35,237 nt of DNA from an uncultured delta proteobacterium (GTDB lineage Bacteria > Desulfobacterota > Binatia > Bin18). Made by a program: the position numbers and the translations under genes. Where the stretch lies: positions 1-35,237 of the forward strand of contig CAVTCR010000069.1 of the NCBI GenBank assembly GCA_963733195.1, in the 5' to 3' direction. This document shows positions 19,639 through 29,201 of the stretch, piece after piece; positions within the stretch are counted from its first letter, which is position 1, and the number at the start of each line of letters is the position of its first letter. The notes under the pieces were generated by a model. It worked only from the letters and a program-made list of their open reading frames with translations, searched no databases and was not told the DNA's origin.

Positions 19639-20475
19639 ATGGCAGACGTAGTGATCGGCATTGCGGCATCCCATGCACCCAACTTGGCGAACCCTTCGCT
19701 GATGAAAGGGGTTAAAGAAGAGCAATACGCCTCTGTGAAGGCTGGCTTTGCCCAGGCTCGCACGCTGCTGGAGCAAGCCCGGCCGGATGCGATCGTGATC
19801 TTTTCCTCGGACCACTTCGATCGCTGTTTTTATGATAACCTACCCCCCTTCCTGGTGGCCGTGGGCGAGGAAGCCGAAGGACCGGTGAATGAGTGGCTGA
19901 AGATCCCCAAGGTCAAGCTCAGAATCGCCGGGGAGCTTGGCAGATTTCTGGTGAGCGAAGGGCTAGAAAATGGAGTGGACTTTGCCTCATCGGCGGAGCT
20001 GCCCCTGGATCATGCAGAAGTAGTGCCGCTGTCATATCTGACGCCCAACTGGGACATTCCCATCGTCCCCATTGTCGTCAATGCCTTTGCGCCGCCGATG
20101 CCGAGCCTCAAGCGCTGCACGCAGGTGGGAGCGTTTGTTCGTGAAGTGATAGAGCGGTGGCCGGAGCAGAAACGAGTGGCGGTGATTGGCACCGGGGGGC
20201 TGTCGCATTGGGTAGGCTTGCCGGGAACGGGAAGAGTCAATGCTGAGTTTGACCGTTGGTTTCTGGACTGTCTGGTCGCGGGCAAGGGTGATGAGGTGAT
20301 AACAAAATACAAAAAGGCCGAGGAGCTAGAGCAAGTAGCTGGCAATGGCGGGCAGGAGGTGCGCGAGTGGCTCGCAGTGGCTGCGGCCATGCCAGCACGC
20401 CTGAAGCCGCGGGTGCTCAGTTATGAGCCTATTCCTGGTTGTGGCATTGGGGTGATGGCATGGGCCAAGGAGTGA
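19639..20475 (+). CDS. ligB: LigB-like class III extradiol dioxygenase catalytic subunit
   Basis: AASHAP, PDAIVIFSSDHF, LPLDH, VIGTGGLSHW, GNGGQEVREW, consistent with His/His/Glu iron ligands. GGAGG RBS. Confidence 0.85.
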   Translation: MADVVIGIAASHAPNLANPSLMKGVKEEQYASVKAGFAQARTLLEQARPDAIVIFSSDHFDRCFYDNLPPFLVAVGEEAEGPVNEWLKIPKVKLRIAGELGRFLVSEGLENGVDFASSAELPLDHAEVVPLSYLTPNWDIPIVPIVVNAFAPPMPSLKRCTQVGAFVREVIERWPEQKRVAVIGTGGLSHWVGLPGTGRVNAEFDRWFLDCLVAGKGDEVITKYKKAEELEQVAGNGGQEVREWLAVAAAMPARLKPRVLSYEPIPGCGIGVMAWAKE

Positions 20476-20733
20476 AAAGGTTGTCGAGGAGGGAGCTGAT
20501 CCCTCCTCTATTTCTATTGTGTTTCGGCTGGAGCTGAGCGTCTCAGAGTTTTAGAGGCTCACAGAAAGCAGCTCACATGCTACCAGAGAACCCTTATAAC
20601 AACACACAAAGTGACAACCGTCGCCCTACCCGCAGGAGTGGGAATTGACGTTCATTCCTATTGGTCGATTCCTTGTGCGGGATTTTGACCGCTCGCTGCA
20701 CTTCTAGTGAAACCTTGTGACAAGGAGGGGCAT

Positions 20734-21771
20734 ATGCGTTTCGGTTTTTTTGATCAACTCCCGCGGGCCGATTGGCAGTCGGAGAGGCAACGCTACCAAG
20801 ACATTCTGGCCCAGATCGAACTTGGAGATGAGCTGGGCTTTGATACCGCCTGGCTCGGGGAGCTGCACTTTATTCCGAGTTTCTCTTGTCTGGCCTCCCC
20901 GCTCATGATTCTGGCGGCTGCAGCGCAGCGTACAAAGCGTATCCGCCTTGGCACGGCCGTCACTCTCTTGCCCTTGCATAATCCGGTGAAAATGGCCGAG
21001 GATGCCGCTACGCTGGATGTGCTCAGCGGTGGACGCCTGGAGTTCGGGGTGGGCAGAGGCGCCACGCCAATCTATTACGGCGGCTATAATGTCCCAATGG
21101 AAGAGAGTCGGGAACGGTTTGAGGAGTCACTAGAGGTTATCCTGCGCGCATGGACGAATGAGCGACTGTCCCACCAAGGGAAATATTATCGCGTGCAGGA
21201 ATTGCCGCTGACCCCCAAACCGATTCAGAAGCCCTATCCCCCGATTCGCATCGCCGCCAACAGCCCAGAGACCTTCACCATTGCCGGACAACTTGGCCTG
21301 CCGATCTTTGCCTCGCCACTAATCAACCCTCCGGACAAGCTGCGGGAGTATCTGGCGGTGCATCGCAGTACTCTAAAAGCCGGGGCGAAGCAGGATGTGG
21401 CGCTAGCGTTTCCCGTCCATGTGGCGGAAAGTCGAGCGCAGGCGCGCCAGGAGTGTGAGCCGAGCCTCATGCATTTCTTCAGCATGGCGGACGAGTTGAT
21501 CAAGCCGTTAACTGATGCCCCACTCAAGACCTACGAAGCGTATCAACAGCTGCGGGAGAGGATCAAGCAAGTCTCCTTCGAGAGCATTGATCGAAGCGTC
21601 GGAATCTTCGGCGACCCGGACTACTGCGTGGAGCGGATCCAGGCTCTCAGGCAGGAGTTCCCGATGGAGGAGTTTATCAGCTACTTTAATCAAGGCGGAT
21701 TGGTAGACCACGCCACAGTCAAGCGCTCGATGGAGCTGTTTGCCAAGGAAGTGATCCCGCGCTGCCGGTAA
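20734..21771 (+). CDS. LLM-class flavin-dependent oxidoreductase
   Basis: GFDTAWLGELHF, RTKRIRLGTAV, AEDAATLDVLSGGRLEFGVGRG, PKPIQKPYPP, SMELFAKEVIP. AGGAGG RBS. Confidence 0.93.
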   Translation: MRFGFFDQLPRADWQSERQRYQDILAQIELGDELGFDTAWLGELHFIPSFSCLASPLMILAAAAQRTKRIRLGTAVTLLPLHNPVKMAEDAATLDVLSGGRLEFGVGRGATPIYYGGYNVPMEESRERFEESLEVILRAWTNERLSHQGKYYRVQELPLTPKPIQKPYPPIRIAANSPETFTIAGQLGLPIFASPLINPPDKLREYLAVHRSTLKAGAKQDVALAFPVHVAESRAQARQECEPSLMHFFSMADELIKPLTDAPLKTYEAYQQLRERIKQVSFESIDRSVGIFGDPDYCVERIQALRQEFPMEEFISYFNQGGLVDHATVKRSMELFAKEVIPRCR

Positions 21772-22314
21772 GAGGGAACCCCGAGAAACTAGAGGGAGGA
21801 CGCGATGGCAAAGTCCCAATCCTCTGGCAAAGAGCGGGCAGGCTCAGCTGGCCCCTCTGCCGGTGCAATATGATCATAGTGTAAAAGATGGCAACCTGAG
21901 AGTGTGTCGATCGGACAAAGTGTGGTGGGTGCTTTAGAAACCTGCGGATCGTTACGGAGGGACATGCTCTCCATGAAAACAAACTGTGCTGTTAAATACG
22001 CCGGAGGTTCGATCTCGGCTCGCCGAGACTAGTCTCCTCTGTCTATGAGGAAAGCGAGGGGATGAGGGAACTTCGGACGTTGTCTGCAAGAGAAATCAAA
22101 CAGCCCTCTTTATCACTTCGTGGTTTTCCTGAGTTAGGCTCCCACTGGAATATCCACAATGTAGTCGCGTCAGCAAAACGCTCTTGATCTTCCAGGCGAA
22201 CGCTCCGAGCACTTCCTTGAGCGTACTCTTCCTCATAGTGCCCGGGCTAGAGCGAGCTTTGAAGATGAAGGTGGCGGAAATCGCAAGTAGATCGAACATG
22301 GCCCAGATGCCCCG

Positions 22315-23535
22315 CGCCGTGGTGGGGCTGATGTCCGATCTCGATCTCCGGCATGTGCCCGTGTGGGGCATGGTACAAGGTGCATTTGGACGAGGGCTCG
22401 GACTCGCGGCAAGCGGTGTACGACAAACTGAAACATCTCGAACTACCAACGGTGGCAGGATGGGTGGAGTATGCCTTGCGAGAATTGGGCGCATACTTGC
22501 AGCAGGTGCCCTCCACCGAGTTCGCCCGTACTCCCTGGTTATCGGGTGCGCGTGCTGGACGGGACTCATTCGGCCGGTCACGTGGCGCGTCGTGTAGAAG
22601 CCCTCCGCCGCTATCGGGCCGCCGCACTCCCTGGGCATGCCTTAGTCTTCTATGATCCGCAGTGGGATGTCGCTACCGATGTCCTGCCGTGTGAAGACGC
22701 CTATGCGCAAGAGCGGACCTTGCTCCCGGCAGTGGTCCCGATGGTGGCGAAGCGGGACTGTATTGTGGACGATCGCAATTTTTGCACGCTGGAGTTTTTG
22801 TTTGGTCTGGCGCGGCGGGGCGCGTTTTTTGTGATTCGCCAACACGGCTCGAACGGAGTGGGACAGCCCCAGGGCCCGCGCCGTGGGGTCGGACACGATG
22901 CGCGAGGGCAAGCGCTCTACGAACAAGCTGTGTGTTTAACTGAGCCTGACACAGGCGCGACGCTCGTCGTCCGCCGGATCACCGTCCAGTTGCTCACTCC
23001 GACCCGCCACGGCGAAACCGAGCTGCATATTCTCACCAATCTGCCTGTGCTGGATGCCCCCGCAGCACAGATCTCCGCCTTGTACGCCGACCGCTGGACC
23101 ATCGAAACCGCCTTTCAGCATTTGACGGTGGATCTCGCGTGTGAGGTGAACACGCTGGGCTATCCGAAGGCGGCGTTGTTTGGCTTTTGCGTCGCCCTGG
23201 TCGCGTACAATGTCGTGGCGTTGGTCAAAGGCGCGGTGCGGGCGGCTCATGGAGCGGAGTACGTCGAGGAACAACTCTCGATGTATTACTTGACCTTGGA
23301 AGTCGCGCAAGTCGCCACGGGTATGGAGATCGCGGTGGCAGCAGAATCGTGGGAGATTTTTCGGCAGATGAGCACGGCAGAGTTTGCGACTGCCCTCGTG
23401 GCGATCGCTCAGCGGCTCGACATGAAGAAGTACACCAAACACAAACGCGGCCCCAAGAAACCACCACTCACAAAACTGAGTGGCAAGCAGCAAACGCATG
23501 TCTCTACTGCCCGCATTCTCACTTTGCGAGGGTAA
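22315..23535 (+). pseudogene. IS4-family transposase remnant, 5'-degraded and frameshifted
   Basis: AVVGLMS..SRQAVYDKLKHLE, then YRVRVLDGTH, DDRNFCT and LYADRWTIETAFQHL. The N-terminus is not recognisable and the ends could not be defined. Confidence 0.8.
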
Positions 23536-23566
23536 TCAAATTAACCGATATTTACAGGGCTCCTGC

Positions 23567-24451
23567 ATGAGGGCTACCCTCCTCATGCTTACCTTACTCT
23601 CTTCATCCCGGGTGCTGTCTGCAGACAACCAGCAGTTGAACCAACCTGCTCAAGAGGGGGCTACCGTGGTAAGCGAGCTCATATACAAGTGGGAATTCAA
23701 AGAGGTGCAATATAAGGATGGGCGTCCATCATTCGTGCCACAACGCTATAGCGGTGTGACGCTGGGGGCGAATGGTGGGATTGGGTGGTCCGATGGATGC
23801 AATTCCCTGGGCTCGCAGTATCGGATCGAAGGAAATACGTTTTCAATTGGGCCGAGAATAAATACGACTCTCATGGGTTGTTCCTTTGAGATTGAAGATG
23901 TCCACTACGAGCAAGTAACCCATTACCAGTTGGAAGGACGTACGCTCTATCTTCACACTCCATCGCAAGTCTATGTTTTGGAGAAGTTCCCGTATTCCAA
24001 AATGAGCTTGAATGCGTGGTCTCTTTATTCAATTACTGACCGGCAGACAGGGGAAGAGTTCATCGTCGATAGGTTTCGTACAGACTACTACCATCTGCTG
24101 TTCAGGGTTGAAGAAGACGCTCGTTTTCACTTTACGGATCTGGATAGGGAGGAATTTACAGGGTCCCTCCATGTTGAGGGCGAGACGATCCGTGACATGG
24201 CGTATGATCACGCAAGTCAGGACCGCTTACGCAGGAAGCCAGAACAGCAAGATTATCTGACGGACAGAACACAAGGCTACCAGAAAACGACGGAGAAATA
24301 TCCCACTACGTATGCCCATCAGCTCAACTGGGAAGCGGTGCGTTCGTTCCAGGTTGTGGTGGGAACAGTGAAGGAGGAGACCGAAGAGCGGACAACTATG
24401 ATGCTCGAACTTTCTTCCGATACGCAGCTCTATCGGTTTATACCAAGATAA
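23567..24451 (+). CDS. Secreted META-domain (HslJ-like) protein
   Basis: Signal-like MRATLLMLTLLSSS. WEFKEV..WSDGCNSLGSQYRIEGNTFSIG..TTLMGC is the META GCN..T.M.C signature. Confidence 0.72.
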   Translation: MRATLLMLTLLSSSRVLSADNQQLNQPAQEGATVVSELIYKWEFKEVQYKDGRPSFVPQRYSGVTLGANGGIGWSDGCNSLGSQYRIEGNTFSIGPRINTTLMGCSFEIEDVHYEQVTHYQLEGRTLYLHTPSQVYVLEKFPYSKMSLNAWSLYSITDRQTGEEFIVDRFRTDYYHLLFRVEEDARFHFTDLDREEFTGSLHVEGETIRDMAYDHASQDRLRRKPEQQDYLTDRTQGYQKTTEKYPTTYAHQLNWEAVRSFQVVVGTVKEETEERTTMMLELSSDTQLYRFIPR

Positions 24452-24920
24452 AGTAGGTGAAAGTCTGCTCTGTTCACCGAAGAAGTTGACACAGATGGCG
24501 GATATACGACATGGTACACACAGAGTGTGAAATCACTCTCTTTTCTTCTGCAAGACCATGCGCATGAACAAGTTCCGGAGACTGTCGCCCAGTTTCTAGG
24601 AAGCACCACTTATTTCTGTTGAGGGCGGCAGGAAGTCCCCATACAGAACTGAGTAGGAGGCCGTCATAGAGGATCAGAGACGAAACGCCCTTCTTCACGA
24701 ATATGGCGAAGTCCGCAACGATTGTCGCGCGCTCTCGGTCTTCGGCCTCGTCGTGACGATAGCCTTGGTCACCTACAACCAACGTGCACAATCCTCAACT
24801 CTACAACGACCTGTTCTCAACGTTCTTGCCGTCCCGTTCTGTTGACGTCCACCTCGCCTATTGTGTGAGATTCTGATAGAGCGAGCACAAACAATAAGAA
24901 AAAATAAGGAGGATCGATAG

Positions 24921-25853
24921 ATGCCGCAGATACGAGAAATCGCCTCGGGACTGCAGTTCCCTGAAGGCCCTGTAGCTATGAATGATGGCAGTGTGTTGGT
25001 CGTCGAGGTCTCACGTGGGACGCTGACGCGGGTGCTCCAAAATGGCAAGAAGGAAGTGGTAGCCGAAACCGGTGGTGGTCCGAACGGTGCCGCCGTGGGA
25101 CCAGATGGCAAGGTCTATATCTGTAATAATGGTGGGCTGAAAATGACCGCCGATGGGCATCCGACGGAGGGGCTGCCCGACGGCTATACCGGCGGGTGTA
25201 TTCAACGGGTCGACCTCGACAGTGGCAAAGTCGAGGTACTCTACACAGAATGTAATGGCCATCGCTTACGTGGTCCCAATGACCTGGTGTTTGATGCCAC
25301 GGGAGGGTTTTGGTTCTCGGACTTTGGCAAGATCCAAGAGCGACAGAAGGATCGCACGGCGCTGTATTATGCCAAGACCGATGGCTCGCTGATTAAGGAA
25401 GTGGTAGCTCCCATCGATGGCCCCAATGGCATCGGGTTGGCACCAGGGGATACGCACCTGTATGCCGCCCAGACCTTCGAGGGGCGGGTGTGGCAGTGGG
25501 AGATTGCCGCGCCTGGGACATTGAAAGCGGGAGGCGGTGGAGAGATTCCCCTATTAGCTGGTCCGGGTGGTGGCAAACTCCTCGCCGGGCTGCCGGGGTA
25601 TCAACTGCTGGATTCGATGGCGGTCGATAGCGCCGGGAATGTCTGTGTGGCGACGTTGATCAACGGCGGGATTACCGTCATTTCCCCGGATGGCGCTTCG
25701 GTCGAGTTTATTCCGACGGGCGATCCGTTGACAACGAACGTCTGTTTTGGCGGACCGGATCTCAAGACCGCCTATGTAACACTTACCGCCAGTGGCAAGT
25801 TGGGCGCGATGGACTGGCCCCGCCCAGGGCTCAAATTGCATTTCACACGCTAA
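24921..25853 (+). CDS. SMP-30/gluconolactonase/LRE family protein
   Basis: GLQFPEGP, GGPNG, GPNDLVFD, GPNGIGL, DSMAVD, TNVCFGG. AAGGAGG RBS. Confidence 0.93.
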   Translation: MPQIREIASGLQFPEGPVAMNDGSVLVVEVSRGTLTRVLQNGKKEVVAETGGGPNGAAVGPDGKVYICNNGGLKMTADGHPTEGLPDGYTGGCIQRVDLDSGKVEVLYTECNGHRLRGPNDLVFDATGGFWFSDFGKIQERQKDRTALYYAKTDGSLIKEVVAPIDGPNGIGLAPGDTHLYAAQTFEGRVWQWEIAAPGTLKAGGGGEIPLLAGPGGGKLLAGLPGYQLLDSMAVDSAGNVCVATLINGGITVISPDGASVEFIPTGDPLTTNVCFGGPDLKTAYVTLTASGKLGAMDWPRPGLKLHFTR

Positions 25854-25866
25854 AGGAGGGATCCCT

Positions 25867-26523
25867 ATGATCTATGAATGGCGAACATACGAAGCGATGC
25901 CGGGCAAGTTCCCGGCACTGCATACGCATCTCAAAGTCGCCGCTGGCTTATTTCAGAAGCATGGCCTTGGAGTGCTCGGCTTCTGGACCGAAGAGATCGG
26001 CACTGCCTTCCAGGTCTCTTACATGTGGATGTACGAGGACATGGAGGACCGGCAGAAGAAGGTGGCTGCTTTCGCGGCGGATGCGGCCTGGAAGCAACAG
26101 GTAGCAACGGAGACGGAGAAGGAAGGGGCCATTGTCGCCAGAATCCACAATACGATGCTGCAACGAACTCCTTACTCGCCCGAACCTCAGCTCAAGACGA
26201 ACGTCCAGGAGTGGCGCATCTACGATGCGATGCCGGGGAAGCTTCCCGACCTTCACAACCGGTTTGCCAACCATACCTTGGGGCTCTTTGAGAAGCACGG
26301 AATCACCAGTATCGGCTACTGGACCGAAGTGTTCGGCACCAGCAACCGCCTGGTGTACATGCTAGGTTACCCCAATCTGGGAGAGCGGGAAAAGAGCTGG
26401 GCAGCGTTCCAGGCGGACCCGGCTTGGCAGCAGGCACGGGCGGCGTCGGAGCAGAACGGCTCTCTGGTGGCGAAGGTCAACAGTTGCATCCTACGGCCCA
26501 CGGCCTTCTCGTCCAGAGGGTGA
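25867..26523 (+). CDS. Tandem NIPSNAP-domain protein
   Basis: Two repeats of EWRxYxAMPGK...FxKHG..GxWTE..W..F.AD. GGAGG RBS. Confidence 0.9.
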   Translation: MIYEWRTYEAMPGKFPALHTHLKVAAGLFQKHGLGVLGFWTEEIGTAFQVSYMWMYEDMEDRQKKVAAFAADAAWKQQVATETEKEGAIVARIHNTMLQRTPYSPEPQLKTNVQEWRIYDAMPGKLPDLHNRFANHTLGLFEKHGITSIGYWTEVFGTSNRLVYMLGYPNLGEREKSWAAFQADPAWQQARAASEQNGSLVAKVNSCILRPTAFSSRG

Positions 26524-26594
26524 GGGCTTTCCTCGAATATAGAACACACTGTGAATATACTAACGACGTCCCCCTTGAAGGAATGTTTACAAGC

Positions 26595-26781
26595 CATCCC
26601 TAACCCCCTTTTCTGGATGCCCACTCCCGGTAGAACCTGGGACAGGTCCCAGTAGAACTTGGGGCAAGTCCCTGGAGAACCTGGGACAGGCTGCGCGGGC
26701 ATGACGTACTGATGTCCGATTTTTCGTCATTCCCGCGAAAGCGGGAAGCCCGGTTTTCGGGCTGGAGGGGGTTTAGGGATG
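26595..26781. repeat. Composite nested palindromic element (MITE/REP-like) containing three 22-bp tandem units
   Basis: Outer inverted repeat CATCCCTAACCCCCT / AGGGGGTTTAGGGATG. REP halves CTGGATGCCC..GCGGGCATGACG and CGTCATTCCCGCGAAAGCGGGAA. Units TCCCGGTAGAACCTGGGACAGG, TCCCAGTAGAACTTGGGGCAAG and TCCCTGGAGAACCTGGGACAGG at 26625-26690. Confidence 0.75.
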
Positions 26782-26785
26782 AGTT

Positions 26786-27139
26786 CTAGGCAGCTGGATG
26801 AGCGCTATCGAAAAACACGCGAACAAAACAGACTTTATCGCCTCTCAACTCGAAAAGACCCACAATTGGGAGTATGCCTTTGGTCGTGATCTCCTCAAAA
26901 TGGGTGGCCACGAAGTCTCCGTCAACAATATGTTGAACCACGCGAATGTCACTCATTTCTGCCCCTATCATACCGAGATAGGCAATAGCTTTTTCTCCCT
27001 TCATTATCCCTGACTGAGGACTTTCTGATCCATAGTCGTCTGTAACGGGGAGAGCCTTCAAGTTTCCATCCACGACACACTTGAAATACTGTTCGATGAC
27101 TTTGATTTTTCTCTCTCTTTCACTGTCGGTGTTATTCAC
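26786..27139 (-). CDS. SnoaL-like / NTF2-family protein
   Basis: VIEQYFK..VVQHIVDGDFVA..FELRGDKV..VRVFFD. Probable GTG start at 27139 after AGGGGA. Confidence 0.75.
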   Translation of the reverse strand: MNNTDSERERKIKVIEQYFKCVVDGNLKALPVTDDYGSESPQSGIMKGEKAIAYLGMIGAEMSDIRVVQHIVDGDFVATHFEEITTKGILPIVGLFELRGDKVCFVRVFFDSAHPAA

Positions 27140-27225
27140 TGGAAAATCCCCTGCCGTAAACAAAGAGTTTCACTGCAATGATCGGTCCTTAGCCACGGAA
27201 CCTTGCCGATTCTAATTGCACCCTC

Positions 27226-27573
27226 TTACGGATGAGGTGTAATCGCAAGGATAGTGATCTGTTGCTTCTCTGGCCCATAGCACCAAAAGATGCGATAGGC
27301 GCCAGGAGTCTTGTTTTGAGCGTAAGCTTCGAAGACTTTCTGGTTTTTGTCGTAGGGATTCGGGATGCCGTTGTATGCGTGGGTGTTCAGTCCCGGATGA
27401 CGAGGGTTCTGTTCCAGCTTCATGATGGTCTCATGTACCTGCTTAAAGAGCCCCTCGGCTTTCGATGATTTGGTCTGCTTCTTTGTCCGACGATTTGCTC
27501 TGGCTGCTAAGGCAGCTTCCTCCAGTTCTCGGAAATTCCGAGCTGCCTCAGGAGTCCAAACCGTCTTAAACAT
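27226..27573 (-). CDS. RelE/ParE-superfamily toxin-like protein
   Basis: F.TVWTPEA, NPRHPGLNTH, VFEAY, GAYRIFWCY, ITILAITPHP. 8-bp overlap with the upstream gene. Confidence 0.8.
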   Translation of the reverse strand: MFKTVWTPEAARNFRELEEAALAARANRRTKKQTKSSKAEGLFKQVHETIMKLEQNPRHPGLNTHAYNGIPNPYDKNQKVFEAYAQNKTPGAYRIFWCYGPEKQQITILAITPHP

Positions 27574-27901
27574 TCTCTTCGTCCACGTCGTCTAGCCAGG
27601 AGTAGCGCTGACCTTTCCGCGGGTCTGCCGTGAACTGGCGATTCTGGGCCTGCAGAAAACCATTTTGAACACGCTTCAAAGCCTCCGGGTTTTTGAAGAG
27701 CCACGCTTCCTTAATAGGAACTGGTTCGACAAGCCGAATAGTCCACTCGCCCTCACCGCTCTCTTCTACTTGCACTGACTGATTGGCGACATTCGGCCCG
27801 AGCAAAACACGTCCTTTCGCGTCAGCAACCTTGAGTGATTTGGCCGAAAATGTGGCTCGCTTCTGTGCCAATCCGACTGCTTTTTTCGTCTTCCCTGGCA
27901 T
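27566..27901 (-). CDS. AbrB/MazE-like antitoxin
   Basis: VADAKGRVLLG (swapped-hairpin-like), IPxxEAWLFKNPEAL-type motif, acidic tail. Directly upstream of the toxin. Confidence 0.7.
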   Translation of the reverse strand: MPGKTKKAVGLAQKRATFSAKSLKVADAKGRVLLGPNVANQSVQVEESGEGEWTIRLVEPVPIKEAWLFKNPEALKRVQNGFLQAQNRQFTADPRKGQRYSWLDDVDEENV

Positions 27902-27924
27902 ATAAAACCCTCATTTCTTGCTCG

Positions 27925-27968
27925 ATTGTAATCGTGGTAGGAAATGTATTCAAGTGGGAGATTCCCAC
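27925..27968 (-). promoter_or_regulatory. Sigma70-type promoter of the TA operon with adjacent palindromic operator candidate
   Basis: Minus strand TTGAAT (27953-27948) - 17 nt - TACAAT (27930-27925). GTGGGA-GAT-TCCCAC (27954-27968) abuts the -35. Confidence 0.6.
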
Positions 27969-27996
27969 CTTTACGAATATCGGATGGTGCGCCTGA

Positions 27997-28215
27997 CACG
28001 AGGCAGGCCGCAACCCAGATACCCTCCAGTTTAGTCCGTTTGTCGACCCGCAAAATGGTGACCTCTCGCGTGATGCGTTGAAGGCCCTACAGGACACCGG
28101 AGTGACCAGGGTCGTGCTCTTTACTCAACAGATCGGTAGCGAGATGGCCGATGGCCAGGCCGCCGCCTGGATTGAGCGGATGGCTCCGGTCGTGGAACGT
28201 GCCAAGACTCTGTAG
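27997..28215 (+). pseudogene. C-terminal remnant, probably of an LLM/F420-class oxidoreductase (absent from the ORF track)
   Basis: Open frame HEAGRNPDTLQFSPFVDPQNGDLSRDALKALQDTGVTRVVLF...WIERMAPVVERAKTL*. AGRxP and GVxRVV are typical of LLM C-termini. No start; in-frame TGA just before 27997. Confidence 0.6.
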
Positions 28216-28346
28216 CGGACATAGGTGACTCCGGTGTTCACAGAAGCATCTCTGTACAGGAACGTATCCTCCCTCCCAAGCGCGCGCTCCGTGCCGGCGT
28301 GAGCCGTATTAAACACTGCGTGACTGCTGAGGGTGTGTCTGCCAGG

Positions 28347-28973
28347 CTACGCTCTTCGCCACACGCTGGCGAGCCACGGCTGTTGTTCGCGCGGTAATCC
28401 AGCGGGCCGGTAATAGTGCTCCAGCTCTCTGAAGTGCGCGTTCGCCATGTGACGGCGCCACGTTGCAAGATCATGGTACGCACCGTACCGCCCGAAGCTC
28501 CAACCCTCGTCATTCTCACCGCGTGGGTTCGAGCTGAACACGACGCCGCCGGGCTTCAGCGTAGCATGCAACTGTTGTAACACCCGTGGTAACTCGCTGC
28601 TCGGGACGTGAAACAGCGAGGCATTGGCGAAGACCCCATCAAAGCGATTGTCCGGCAGATCAAGCGCGAGGAAATCCTGGTGCCAGACCTCACACCCCGT
28701 GTCGGCTTGGGCCATCGCAACGAAACGTGCGGCGCCATCCAACCCGATGGCAATGTGACCAAGGCCAGCGAACACTTTAAGGTCACGTCCCGGTCCGCAA
28801 CCAAAATCGAGAATGCTGAACGGCGGCTCAGCGTTGATGTGCCGTAAAAGCGCCGCGATGTTCTGGCTAACGTCGTGATGACGGGTTCCTGCGCGAAAGT
28901 CTTCGGCGTACTGGTTGTAATACTCCAGTGTCAAAGCGGTGATGTTGTCTAGGTTGTGTAGTTTGTGTTTCAT
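28347..28973 (-). CDS. Class I SAM-dependent methyltransferase
   Basis: ILDFGCGPGRD, FDGVFANASLFH, LKPGGV. AAGGA RBS before ATG 28973. Confidence 0.92.
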   Translation of the reverse strand: MKHKLHNLDNITALTLEYYNQYAEDFRAGTRHHDVSQNIAALLRHINAEPPFSILDFGCGPGRDLKVFAGLGHIAIGLDGAARFVAMAQADTGCEVWHQDFLALDLPDNRFDGVFANASLFHVPSSELPRVLQQLHATLKPGGVVFSSNPRGENDEGWSFGRYGAYHDLATWRRHMANAHFRELEHYYRPAGLPREQQPWLASVWRRA

Positions 28974-29201
28974 TGACGATCCTTCATAGCGTCTCGTAAT
29001 GAGGCGAACAGAGCGTAGCACAGCAAACTGAGGCCGTGCACGTGCCGGGCTGAGGCGAGAAGCCGAGCGGAACATCCTCGTTTGATTGTGAGGCGAGCTG
29101 CAGGGTATATACTGGCACGGACGACCGGGGGTATATCTCGGGCGAAACTAGTTCAGTGCAGGAGATCAGGGACATGACCTTGGACGAAAAAAGGACAACT
29201 T

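Noticed and set aside
20629-20682. Imperfect stem-loop upstream of the LLM gene as a riboswitch
   Set aside because: No resemblance to a riboswitch family I recognise; such stems are common by chance in GC-rich DNA.
21805-21873. 22-aa ORF MAKSQSSGKERAGSAGPSAGAI with strong GGAGG RBS after the LLM gene
   Set aside because: Could be the 5' stub of a deleted gene, but there is no recognisable motif and no way to support it here.
22100-22155. Candidate left TIR for the second IS4 remnant (CAGCCCTC.. or AGGCTCCCACTGGAATATC)
   Set aside because: Only partial matches to the presumed right end near 23545-23565, and no TSD found.
24474-24791. 105-aa minus-strand ORF between the META and lactonase genes
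   Set aside because: No recognisable motif, RBS or convincing start; possibly decayed sequence.
26625-26690. Three 22-bp hairpin repeats as a mini CRISPR array
   Set aside because: Units are contiguous with no spacers, are not identical, and no cas genes are present.
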